Part shown: positions 17,274-26,197 of the stretch, piece by piece
Numbering within the stretch: the stretch's first letter is position 1
Layout: each line of letters starts with the position of its first letter
Assembly: GCA_963821395.1 (NCBI GenBank)
Contig: CAWGDY010000027.1
Location: 9,407 to 73,406, forward strand
DNA length: 64,000 nt
Source: Vicinamibacterales bacterium
GTDB taxonomy: Bacteria > Acidobacteriota > Vicinamibacteria > Vicinamibacterales > JAMQPK01
Direction: 5' to 3'
Translations under genes and position numbers: made by a program
Notes under the pieces: generated by a model
Database searches by the model: none
What the model was told of the DNA's origin: nothing
What the model saw: the letters and a program-made list of their open reading frames with translations, nothing else

Positions 17274-19684
17274 ATGAGCGGCATCGTTCAGGACCTGCGG
17301 TACGCGCTTCGCGGTTTGAGAAGAAACCCGGCGTTCACGTCGGTCGCGCTCGTCACCCTGGCGCTCGGCATCGGCGCCAACACGGCGATGTTCAGCGTGC
17401 TGAACGCCGTGCTGCTGAGGCCGCTTCCATATCCGGCTTCCCACGAGCTCGCGATGTTGTGGACGGAGCGGCCGAACCAGAACCTGCGCGAGGGGCGGTC
17501 GGCCTATCACGACGTCGAAGAATGGCGCGCGCGCAGCCGCACGCTGGCAGACGTCGGGGTTTTCGATCCGATGACGGCCAGGCTCACCGCGCCGGGTGAG
17601 CTGGAGCGAATCAGCACACTGAGGCTCTCGCCGAATGTCTTTGCGATCCTCGGCGTGCAGGCGTATCGGGGTCGCGTCTTCTCGACCCAGGAAGCCGACG
17701 AGCGGCGCAGGGTCGCCGTCGTCAGCTATCGATTCTGGCAGTCCCGCCTCGGCGGCGCCGACAACGTCATCGGCTCGACGATCGAGCTCGACGGCCTTCC
17801 GTCCGAAGTGATCGGTATCCTGCCCGCGGATTTCCGGTGGTCCGACTCAGACGTCTGGGAACCGCACACCCTGTTTCCCGACTGGGACGTACGTCGAGGT
17901 GAGCGTGGCGATGCGTCCTGGTTCGTGCTCGCGCGGTTGCGTCCCAACGTGACGATCGAGCAGGCGCAGGGAGAGCTGAGCGGCATCGCACGGGGTCTCG
18001 ACGAGCAGCGGATCGCGTCCGAGCAGGGACGCGGCATCGGCGTCATGCCGCTGAGCCTGCATATCGTCGGACCACGATGGCGGCTGACCCTGTGGATGCT
18101 GACGGGCGCGGTGTTCTTCGTCCTGCTCATCGGCGTGACGAACATCACGAGCCTGTCGCTGGCTCGCAGCACGGGACGCGCGCGCGAGTTCGCGTTGCGC
18201 GCGGCGCTTGGCGCGAGCCGCGGTCGCGTGCTGCGCCAGTTGTTTTCCGAAAGCCTGGTACTTGCCGTCCTTTCCGGACTTGGCCGGTCTCGCCGTTGCC
18301 TGGGTCGCACTTCCGATCATCGTGGCGTTCAAGCCGGCCGATCTCGTCACGCTGGGCGAGGTGCGACTCGACGTAGCCACTCTTGCGTGGACGCTGGGGC
18401 TGTCGATGCTCACCGGTGTGCTCGTGGGCCTCGTTCCCGCCATCACCATGACTCGCTGGAATCTTCAGGCGCCGCTGCACGAATCAGCCCGCGGGACGTC
18501 GGCGGGCGCTTCCGCGCGTCTTACGCGCCGCGCGCTCGTGGTGGCGGAATTCGCGCTGGCGATCGTGCTGCTCGTCGGCGCCGGGTTGCTGACGCGCAGC
18601 CTGATGAACGTGCAGCGCGTCAACCCTGGTTACAGCTCCGAGCGCGTGCTCTCGATGCAGCTCGCGATTCCACCAATCGACGCGACCAATCAGCGGGCTG
18701 ACTACTACCAACAGGTTTTGGATCGGGTCGTCAACACGCGCGGCGTCGAGGGCGCCGGCGTCATCGGCGATCTCTTCATCAATGCGAGCCCGGAACAGAG
18801 CGTGACGGTGGAAGGGAGCGCGCGAGGCGCCGAACGGTTGCGGCTGCGGCGCGACGAGGTGAGCGGCGGCCTGTTCGAAACGCTGCGGATTCCGCTCGTT
18901 CGCGGGCGTGCGTTCTCCTCGGAAGACGGGCCGAACGCTCCCAGGGCGGCGATCGTCAACGAAACGATGGCGCGCCGGCTGTGGCCGGGGCAGGATTCCG
19001 TCGGCAAACGATTCAAGATGGGTGTGACCTCGGCGGATGGTCCCTGGTTCACGGTAGTCGGCGTGGTCGGCGACGTGCGCCGGCAGGGGCTCGAAGAAGA
19101 ACCTGCCGCCCAGATGTTCGAGCCCGTGGCCCAGAATCCATCGCGGCTCGCGACGCTGCTGGTCCGCACCTCTGGCGAGCCCATCGCGATGGCTGCCACG
19201 CTCCGCGCGGCCATTCAGCAGATCGATCGGCGCGGGCTGGTGTACGGAGTGAACACGCTTGGCGCGCGCATCTCGGGATTCCAGGCGGAGCGGCGGTTCC
19301 AGACATGGTTGCTCATGGTGTTCTCGAGCCTCGCACTGCTCCTGGCCGCAATCGGTATCTACGGCGTGGTGCAGTACCTCGATTTCGACGCGCACGCGGG
19401 AAATCGGCGTGCGCATGGCGGTCGGCGCCGATCGTCGCGACATCTTCAAGATGGTGGTGGGGGAAGGGCTGAAGATGAGCCTGACCGGTCTGGCGCTCGG
19501 TCTCGTTGGGGCCCTGTGGCTGGGGCACCTGGGAGCGAGCCTGCTCTTCGGTGTCTCGTGGATGGACCCTGTGACCTACGTAGGCGTCTCGCTGCTTTTG
19601 ACGACGGTAGCGCTCGCCGGCTGCTATTTCCCAGCACGCCGCGCCGCGCGTATCGATCCGCTTGTAGCGCTCAAATACGAATAA
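17274..19684 (+). pseudogene. ADOP-type duplicated MacB/FtsX-like permease, disrupted by two 1-nt insertions
   Basis: Homology to the intact paralog (23792..26197) runs through three frames: ORF 17235..18701, then 18208..19734, then 19259..19684. The frame switches fall near 18279-18283 (cttgGcc) and 19377-19379 (tacCtcg). The N-terminus (LRYALRGLRRNPAFTSVALVTLALGIGANTAMFSV) and C-terminus (RRAARIDPLVALKYE) are family-typical. Confidence 0.8.
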
Positions 19685-19699
19685 ATTGGGTGCGGTGGC

Positions 19700-19717
19700 A
19701 CAGGGCTTCAGCCCTGT
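19700..19717. repeat. REP-like GC-stem tetraloop hairpin
   Basis: ACAGGGC-TTCA-GCCCTGT. Related copies lie at 22820, 22858 and 63773, plus a degenerate copy at 48848. Confidence 0.6.
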
Positions 19718-19718
19718 T

Positions 19719-19771
19719 GAGATTAGGAGACTAAGAGCGATTCTTCTTTCGAGAAGAATTCTCCTAATCTC
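19719..19771. terminator. nested palindrome between convergent genes (putative bidirectional terminator)
   Basis: The outer arms are GAGATTAGGAGA ... TCTCCTAATCTC. The inner hairpin is ATTCTTC-tttcga-GAAGAAT. It lies between the permease stop (19684) and the PhoX-like gene stop (19795). Confidence 0.55.
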
Positions 19772-19794
19772 CTAATCTCTTGTTGAGTCCCTCG

Positions 19795-21189
19795 CTACTT
19801 CGGAATCGTAAATTCGATGGTCCTGTCGTTGCCGCTCGATGGGTGCTGGATGTTCACCCAGCCTCTGCGCTTGTCGGTCGGGTCGAAATACAGGCCGGTG
19901 AATTCCGAGCCGCCTGTCCCGTTCGATGCCCAGCGGCCGATGCCTTCGCCCTGATCGGTCAAATCGCCGTCCTTGTTCAGATCCTTCGCGAACCAGATGT
20001 CGTCGTCGGAGCCGCCATTCCGGTCTTCGATGATGTAGATGTTTCCGTCGTGGTCGATGGCCAGATTGTCCGGGTTGGCCAGCGCCGTGCCCACCGCTGC
20101 GCCCGTGGCGAGATCGATGGTGTTTCGGTTCGCGAACACTGAGATCGTGTTGTTCTTGAGATCGATCCGGTAGACCTCGTGCGTCGTGGTCGTTGTCATG
20201 TAGAGATAGTCGACGCCGCTCAGCGTCTGGATTTGCAGATCCTCCGGGCGCTGGTAATCGGTTCCTTTGAAGGATGGCAGGTTGGTGGTGTTGCGGGCAT
20301 CCACCGACGTGACGCCGTTCGAGTCGGTGATCGTGAGCGCGCCTGGCAGGGGAGCGCCATTCACATCAGTGAACGGAACCCACGTGAAGGCTCCCGTCGC
20401 GTTCGCCACGCTCCCGTCGCCGACGCGCAAGACGAAGGTCTGTCCCGCAGCGAAGTAGTCGGCCTGACCGCCCTTGACCTTGCCGAAGTTGGCCGCCGAC
20501 GTGAACCTGTAGACGTTGCCGCCGTTGAGCTCATCGATGAAGTACATGTTGCCGGGCTTGTCGAACTGAACGCCCTCATGCGACGTGCGCGGGACGACGT
20601 TCCGATGCACGAAGTCGGCGCCCGCATTGCTCAGGCCTGTCACCGGGTTGAGGATGCCCGGGGCTTCGATCGGGTTCTTCAGCTCGAAGAGCCGGCCGTA
20701 GATTTGCGGATGTCCGACGTCGCCGAGGGTCGACCAGGACTCTTCGGCGGTAATCAGCGTTCCCCAAGGCGTCCAGTAACACGCGTCGAACGAGACATAG
20801 CGCCCTGCGGCCGGGCTTTGCCAGATCGTGTCGGTTACACCAGTCTCCAGGTCGTGGCGTTGCACGCCTGAATTGCCCGTCTCGAAGACGGTGAACAGGT
20901 AGCGGCCCTTGTGAGGTCCCGTCTCATTCACGGTGATCATGTCCCACGAACCCGAGTTCGGCTTGTTTGCGGCGAGCTGTGTGGTGCGCTCCGCAATGGA
21001 CTGCTGGTGAAAATCGGGATTGCCGAACGTGATGGGCTCGTCTTCGCTGAGGACGGGGATGGCAGGGGACGTTGAAGCGGTGAGCGGTGTGTAATCCGAG
21101 AATCGTGTGCCATCTGCGACGAGGACCGTTCCCGCAAGCACCAGACCTCCCACGGCGACGAGCCTCGCGCGATGAATCGGCATCTTCAT
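19795..21189 (-). CDS. secreted PhoX/DUF839-like beta-propeller protein
   Basis: Start MKMPIHRARLVAVGGLVLAG (signal peptide, GGAGA upstream). The C-terminal motif NPDNLAIDHDGNIYIIEDRNGG and the overall pattern resemble PhoX-type (DUF839) phosphatases. Assignment is by motif recognition only. Confidence 0.65.
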   Translation of the reverse strand: MKMPIHRARLVAVGGLVLAGTVLVADGTRFSDYTPLTASTSPAIPVLSEDEPITFGNPDFHQQSIAERTTQLAANKPNSGSWDMITVNETGPHKGRYLFTVFETGNSGVQRHDLETGVTDTIWQSPAAGRYVSFDACYWTPWGTLITAEESWSTLGDVGHPQIYGRLFELKNPIEAPGILNPVTGLSNAGADFVHRNVVPRTSHEGVQFDKPGNMYFIDELNGGNVYRFTSAANFGKVKGGQADYFAAGQTFVLRVGDGSVANATGAFTWVPFTDVNGAPLPGALTITDSNGVTSVDARNTTNLPSFKGTDYQRPEDLQIQTLSGVDYLYMTTTTTHEVYRIDLKNNTISVFANRNTIDLATGAAVGTALANPDNLAIDHDGNIYIIEDRNGGSDDDIWFAKDLNKDGDLTDQGEGIGRWASNGTGGSEFTGLYFDPTDKRRGWVNIQHPSSGNDRTIEFTIPK

Positions 21190-21439
21190 ATTCGATTTCT
21201 CCAGTCGCGCCAACAAGGGTTCGTGTGAACGTTGTCCCGCAGGCAGGCGGCTGGCGCGAACCTTCCTGTTCGGGGTACTCGACTCGTGCGCACAAGTCGG
21301 TCGACGAACCTAGTTATAGAAAGCGGATGTTGCGCGAGGGAGAATGGGACATCACGCGCGAGCAAAATTTCAGACGCGGGTTGTGTGGTGAATCCCGACA
21401 CCATGTCTGTGAAGCGACGACCGTGCGACGCAACGATCG

Positions 21440-21475
21440 TTCGGTGCGACAGGTGCGACAGGTGCGACAGGTGCG
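21440..21475 (-). repeat. tandem 9-mer array (CGCACCTGT-type, 4 units) about 250 nt upstream of the PhoX-like gene
   Basis: The plus strand reads ttcggtgcg acaggtgcg acaggtgcg acaggtgcg. Two further units lie at about 21520-21537 (ggatgcgat aggtgcgac). Confidence 0.8.
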
Positions 21476-21599
21476 TTGGGCTTGTCCGCCGGAGCGATGG
21501 GCGCCGTCTGCGCGGCGGCGGATGCGATAGGTGCGACTTACTTGTTGCGGTAGCGCAAGGGCGACGGCAGAGCTGGGGGCTGGCCGTCGCTTGTTGCAG

Positions 21600-21977
21600 T
21601 TACGCCGTCGCCGATGTCATGGCAGTGTGCAGACGAGGGAAGTGCACAACCCGGGGATGCGCCAGATGCACACGCGCGCTCGCCTCGATGAAGGCGAATG
21701 GCCCGGCGCCGACGAACCGCACGAGGTGCTGGCGGCCACCGCGTGAGATATCGGGTCTGACGGTCATGCAGAGGTCTGCCTCTTCGCGGTCATCGACATA
21801 CTCGACGAAGTCTTCATCGGACTTGACGTCGTCCTCGAGCCAGGTCTCGCAGTCGAGGTAGACCTTCAGGCGACGGATGCCGTCCTGGTCGTTCGCGGCG
21901 GCAAACTGCTGTGCAAGCGAGAGCCATCCCTGGACGAGGGCGTGAACGGGAGTGGACGTGGCGTCGGTGGTCAACAT
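21600..21977 (-). CDS. small acidic hypothetical protein, paralog P2
   Basis: 125 aa, MLTTDATSTPVHALVQGWLSLAQQF..., with GGAGAA upstream. It is colinear with P1 and P3. Confidence 0.7.
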   Translation of the reverse strand: MLTTDATSTPVHALVQGWLSLAQQFAAANDQDGIRRLKVYLDCETWLEDDVKSDEDFVEYVDDREEADLCMTVRPDISRGGRQHLVRFVGAGPFAFIEASARVHLAHPRVVHFPRLHTAMTSATA

Positions 21978-22085
21978 GCTCGTTCTCCAATCAGCATCAC
22001 TCGTCGATGCTGGAGCAAGTTATATCCAACGCCACATGAGGACTCGATGAAGCGCGTTGGGGGTGCGCTTCACGAATGCTTCATC
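21978..22085 (-). promoter_or_regulatory. P2 leader hairpin, conserved 37-nt box and upstream CTTCA half-sites
   Basis: Box at 22016-22052: CAAGTTATATCCAACGCCACATGAGGACTCGATGAAG. The leader hairpin is CAGCATC-actcgtc-GATGCTG (21992-22012). CTTCACgAAtgCTTCAT lies at about 22069-22085. An inverted repeat GAAGCGC ... GCGCTTC is visible on the coding strand. Confidence 0.6.
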
Positions 22086-22118
22086 TTTGCGACCCTGTGG
22101 TAAGGTCCTGTTTTCAGG

Positions 22119-22808
22119 ATGAACGACGAGGCGATTCTCAACGATCAGGTTGTGTACTACCGCGCACGCGCGGGCGAGTACGACCAGTGGTTCCTTCGCG
22201 AAGGCCGCTACGATCGCGGCGCCGGACACCGGGCGCAATGGTTTGGCGAGATCGCCACGATACGACGGGCGCTCAGCGAGTCAGTGAAGGATCGGAACGT
22301 GCTCGAGCTGGCGTGTGGCACGGGACTGTGGACCGAGCAGCTCGGACGGGAGAATCGCAGTGTCCTCGCCGTCGATGCTTCCCCCGAAGTCATCGCCATC
22401 AACCGGGACAGGGTGCACGCCGCGCACGTGCGGTACGAGACAGCAGACATCTTTTCCTGGACACCGCCCACGCTGTTCGATGCTGTCTTCTTTGCGTTCT
22501 GGCTCTCGCACGTCCCTGCGAGCCGGTTCGAGAGCTTCTGGCAGACCGTCAAAGCATCGGTCGAGCCTGGCGGGACGGTGTTCTTTGTCGACAGCCTGCT
22601 CGAGCAAACCTCGACCGCGACCGATCACGCACCAATAGACGACTCGGGTGTCGTCCGCCGGAAGCTGAACGACGGCCGCGAGTTCGAGATCGTGAAAATG
22701 TTTTACCAACCCGAAGAACTGGAACGGCGCCTCTCGCAACTGGGCTGGCAGGCCAGAGTGCAGTCGAGCGGGAAGTTCTTTCTGTTCGGCGAGTGCACGC
22801 GCGCGTAG
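22119..22808 (+). CDS. class I SAM-dependent methyltransferase
   Basis: 229 aa. Motif I is VLELACGTGLWTEQL, followed by the typical D-loop (AVDASPEVI) and motif IV region (FDAVFFAFWLSHV). Confidence 0.85.
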   Translation: MNDEAILNDQVVYYRARAGEYDQWFLREGRYDRGAGHRAQWFGEIATIRRALSESVKDRNVLELACGTGLWTEQLGRENRSVLAVDASPEVIAINRDRVHAAHVRYETADIFSWTPPTLFDAVFFAFWLSHVPASRFESFWQTVKASVEPGGTVFFVDSLLEQTSTATDHAPIDDSGVVRRKLNDGREFEIVKMFYQPEELERRLSQLGWQARVQSSGKFFLFGECTRA

Positions 22809-22819
22809 ACAGCGATCTG

Positions 22820-22877
22820 GCAGGACTGAAGTCCTGCACCACCGGCGAGAAGCTCGCGGCGGGACTAAAGTCCCGCC
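22820..22877. repeat. two REP-like tetraloop hairpins downstream of the methyltransferase
   Basis: GCAGGAC-TGAA-GTCCTGC (22820-22837) and GGCGGGAC-TAAA-GTCCCGCC (22858-22877). Confidence 0.65.
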
Positions 22878-22900
22878 CTACCGGGGATCGCCCAAGACTA

Positions 22901-22945
22901 CCGCACCCATGCACCTGTCGCACCTAACGCACCCATCGCACCTAT
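22901..22945 (+). repeat. tandem 9-mer array (5 units, CGCACCYNN) immediately upstream of the EamA gene
   Basis: ccgcaccca tgcacctgt cgcacctaa cgcacccat cgcacctat. The last unit overlaps a TATAAA (22943-22948) that ends 8 nt before the ATG at 22957. Confidence 0.8.
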
Positions 22946-22956
22946 AAACTCTCTTC

Positions 22957-23787
22957 ATGTCTCTCGGCATCCTTCTCGCCCTCGTCTCCGCCATGGTGTG
23001 GGGCAGTGGCGACTTTGTCGGCGGCGCCGCGACCAGGCGCAGCCACCAGTTTCAGGTCCTGGCCCTCTCGGCGCTCTCGGGCATCGTGCTGTTGACGATG
23101 CTCGCGTGGATCTTCGAGCCGCTTCCATCGCGTGCGAACGTGGCGTGGGCGGCCGCAGCCGGTCTGGTGGGCGCGGTCGGCATCGCCTCGCTCTATCACG
23201 GCCTGGCTATCGGCGGCGCGGCGATGGTGGCGCCGGTCGCGGCCGTCGTGACGGCGGCGATTCCCGCTGTTTACACGGCCTTTGCCGTTGCGCCGCCGAG
23301 TGCATGGCAGTTGGCCGGGTTTCTCGCGGCGGTCGCCGGCATCTGGCTCGTCACTCGCCAGCCGCAGACGGCCGAAGCACAGTCGCGCAAGGGCGTCAGC
23401 CAAGCCGTTGCCGCAGGAATCGGGTTCGGCGCTTTCCTGATTCTGATCGCACAGGTCGACCGCACGCTCGTGTTCGGCCCACTGGTCGTCGCGCGGACGG
23501 TCATGCTGGCCATGGGCCTTGTGCTGATGATCGTGCGCGGCATCAGCTTTCCCGGGCTGACGTCGAATCCGCTCGCGCTCGTAGCCGGTTTGCTCGACGC
23601 CGGCGGCAACATCTTCTTCGTGCTGGCGCGTCAGCATACGCGGCTCGACGTCGCCGCGGTGCTGTCGTCCCTGTATCCGGTCGCCACCGTCGTGCTGGCC
23701 CGCATCGTCTGGCGAGAGCCTGTCGCGCCGCAGCAATGGGCGGGCGTTGGAATGTGCCTGCTGGCAGTGGCCTTGATGGCAGAATGA
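22957..23787 (+). CDS. EamA/DMT-family transporter
   Basis: 276 aa with about 10 hydrophobic helices. The N-terminus is EamA-type (ILLALVSAMVWGSGDFVGGAATRR). Confidence 0.85.
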   Translation: MSLGILLALVSAMVWGSGDFVGGAATRRSHQFQVLALSALSGIVLLTMLAWIFEPLPSRANVAWAAAAGLVGAVGIASLYHGLAIGGAAMVAPVAAVVTAAIPAVYTAFAVAPPSAWQLAGFLAAVAGIWLVTRQPQTAEAQSRKGVSQAVAAGIGFGAFLILIAQVDRTLVFGPLVVARTVMLAMGLVLMIVRGISFPGLTSNPLALVAGLLDAGGNIFFVLARQHTRLDVAAVLSSLYPVATVVLARIVWREPVAPQQWAGVGMCLLAVALMAE

Positions 23788-23791
23788 GTCG

Positions 23792-26197
23792 GTGATGTAC
23801 GCGCTGCGAAGCTTGATGAAGTCGCCCGGTTTCACCCTGCTGACGGTGCTGATCCTCGCCATCGGCATCGCAGGAACGGCGGTGATGGTCGCGCTCGTCC
23901 AGGGCGTGCTCGTCAGGCCGCTGCCGGTACGCGACGAGGAACGCCTCATCGTTGCGTGGAAAGAGCTGCAGTCGTCGGGCTACGCCCACTATTCGTTCGG
24001 AGATGACGGAATAGAAGAGGCCGCGCGATCGAGCCGGCTGCTCGAAAGTGTGGCGGGCGTGGGAACCAACGGCGTGTCGCGCTCCGCGGTCGACGTCGAC
24101 GGCACCACCGACTATGTGAACGATGCGCTGGTGACCGGAGGGTTCTTCGAGGTCCTTGGTGTGAAGCCCATCCTTGGCCGGACGCTCACCCGTGCCGACG
24201 ATGCGGATGGCGCCGAGCGTGTGGTCGTCATCAGCTACGCGCTGTGGCAGCGTCGCTATCACGGATCGCGAGATGTCATCGGCCGTCGCTTCTGGGGCAA
24301 AGAGGGCTTCCCTATTGTCGGCGTCATGCCGCCCGACCTCGATTACCCGAGAGGAGTGGACATCTGGCGGACCACGAAATCCGTGGGAGAAGGGAAGTTC
24401 AGAGACGCCGCGCAGATGGAAGTCGATCTGATCGGAAGACTTCGGCCGGGCGTCACGAAGGAACAGGCCGCTGGGGAGCTCGCGGTGTTGATACGGCAGC
24501 TCGAATCGCAGGCGCCGCCTGACGCGCCTCGCGGACTCCTTCCCGTCGTTCGTCCTTTCAAAGACGAAGTCGTCGGGAACGTTCGGTTGACGATGCTGAC
24601 CCTCTCGGCAGCGGTTCTGCTCATGCTGCTCGTCGCGAGCGCGAATGCGGCGAACCTGCTGCTGATGCGGAACGAAGCACGCAGAACGGATCTCGCCGTG
24701 CGGATGGCGCTGGGGGCGGGACGGGGAAGGATTGTGGCGCAGGTGCTGGCCGAGAGCCTGGTGCTGGCGATTGCCGCCGGCGTTGCGGGGCTGGCCCTGA
24801 CGTGGTGGTCGCTTCAGCCCCTCGTGCGGCTCGTTCCGGACGGGCTGCCGCGAGTCGAGTCGGTCCGCGTCGACTGGACGGTCTGCCTGATTGCGATTGG
24901 GATCGCCCTCGCGACCGCGGCGATCTCCGGGCTGGCGCCGGCCCTGTCGATCAGCTCCGATCTCGTTTCGCACTTGAGAAGCGCGGGCCGTGGTGTGGCG
25001 GGATCGGCGTCGCGAGCTCTTCGTAGATCCTTTGTTGTCGTGCAGGTGGCCCTGGCGGTCACGATCGTTGCGGCGGCGGGATTGCTGACCCGCACGGTCT
25101 TGAACCTGCAGGCGATCGACACTGGCCTGGCCGCGGATCGACTGGTCCTGGTCGAGCTCAGTGTGCCTTCGGCGGACCACGCCAATCGGGTGCGTCACTC
25201 TCAGTTCCTGGATACCGTCGTGCGGCAGCTCGAGGAACTTCCTTTTGTCGAGGCGGCGACGCCCATCAACATGCCGCCATTTTCGGGGACCGTCGGATGG
25301 TCCGTGCCGAGAATCGCGGCCGAAGGGCAGACCGCCGACGAGGCCGCGGCGAATCCTTCGACGAACTTCGAGTCAATCTACCCGAACTACTTCCGGACGT
25401 TCGGCGCGAGGATAGCCGCCGGACGCCCCTTCACCGACGCCGATGGGGAAGGCGCGCAGAAGGTGGCGATCGTCAGCGAGGACGTGGCCCGCCGCACGTG
25501 GCCTGGCCAGGATCCCATCGGCAAGCGCATGAAGCTCGGTGGCCCGGCCTCGGAAGGAGACTGGCTCACCGTGGTTGGCGTGGCAGCTCCCACGCGGTAC
25601 CGCGCGCTGACCCAACCCAACGCCATGTTGTATCTCCCGGCGGCGCAATTTCTCGTCACCGCCCAGATGCTTGCGATACGCACCGCGGCGCCGCTCGATC
25701 AGGTGATGTCGGTCGCGCGCACGCACGTGCGCGCCGCCAATCCGCGCGCACACGTCATGCGCGTGAGCTCGTTCGCATCGCTGATGGACGCTCCGCTGGC
25801 GGCCCCGAAATTCAACGCGTTTCTTCTGAATCTTTTCGGGACCGTCGCACTGCTGCTATCGGCCATAGGCCTTTACGCCGTGATGAGCACCTACGTTCGC
25901 CAGCGGGATCGCGATATCGCCGTCCGCAGGGCGCTGGGTGCTACGACCTCTGATGTACAGCGGCTCGTGTTCGGGGAAGCAGTCTGGCTGGCCGGCATCG
26001 GTGCGGCCATCGGGCTGGGCGGGGCATTTAGTGCAGCACGCCTCGTGCAGGGCATGCTCTACGGCATTGATTCGCTGGATCCCGTGACGATGTTTGGTGC
26101 GGCAGGCGTGTTGATTGCCGCGTCCATGCTCGCCTCGTACTTACCGGTTCGTCGTGCGACCCGCATCGATCCGCTCGTGGCGCTGCGCTGCGAGTGA
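23792..26197 (+). CDS. ADOP-type duplicated MacB/FtsX-like ABC permease (intact)
   Basis: 801 aa. The N-terminus is LRSLMKSPGFTLLTVLILAIGIAGTAVMVALVQGVLVRPLP. It has two FtsX-like halves, each followed by a periplasmic domain. The C-terminus is VRRATRIDPLVALRCE. It starts 4 nt after the EamA stop. Confidence 0.9.
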   Translation: MMYALRSLMKSPGFTLLTVLILAIGIAGTAVMVALVQGVLVRPLPVRDEERLIVAWKELQSSGYAHYSFGDDGIEEAARSSRLLESVAGVGTNGVSRSAVDVDGTTDYVNDALVTGGFFEVLGVKPILGRTLTRADDADGAERVVVISYALWQRRYHGSRDVIGRRFWGKEGFPIVGVMPPDLDYPRGVDIWRTTKSVGEGKFRDAAQMEVDLIGRLRPGVTKEQAAGELAVLIRQLESQAPPDAPRGLLPVVRPFKDEVVGNVRLTMLTLSAAVLLMLLVASANAANLLLMRNEARRTDLAVRMALGAGRGRIVAQVLAESLVLAIAAGVAGLALTWWSLQPLVRLVPDGLPRVESVRVDWTVCLIAIGIALATAAISGLAPALSISSDLVSHLRSAGRGVAGSASRALRRSFVVVQVALAVTIVAAAGLLTRTVLNLQAIDTGLAADRLVLVELSVPSADHANRVRHSQFLDTVVRQLEELPFVEAATPINMPPFSGTVGWSVPRIAAEGQTADEAAANPSTNFESIYPNYFRTFGARIAAGRPFTDADGEGAQKVAIVSEDVARRTWPGQDPIGKRMKLGGPASEGDWLTVVGVAAPTRYRALTQPNAMLYLPAAQFLVTAQMLAIRTAAPLDQVMSVARTHVRAANPRAHVMRVSSFASLMDAPLAAPKFNAFLLNLFGTVALLLSAIGLYAVMSTYVRQRDRDIAVRRALGATTSDVQRLVFGEAVWLAGIGAAIGLGGAFSAARLVQGMLYGIDSLDPVTMFGAAGVLIAASMLASYLPVRRATRIDPLVALRCE

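Noticed and set aside
22076-22927. 283-aa ORF containing GLKSCTTGEKLAAGLKSRPTG, and similar peptides (QGFSP) in other frames
   Set aside because: These peptides are translations of the REP-like hairpins. The ORF overlaps the well-supported methyltransferase gene in another frame.
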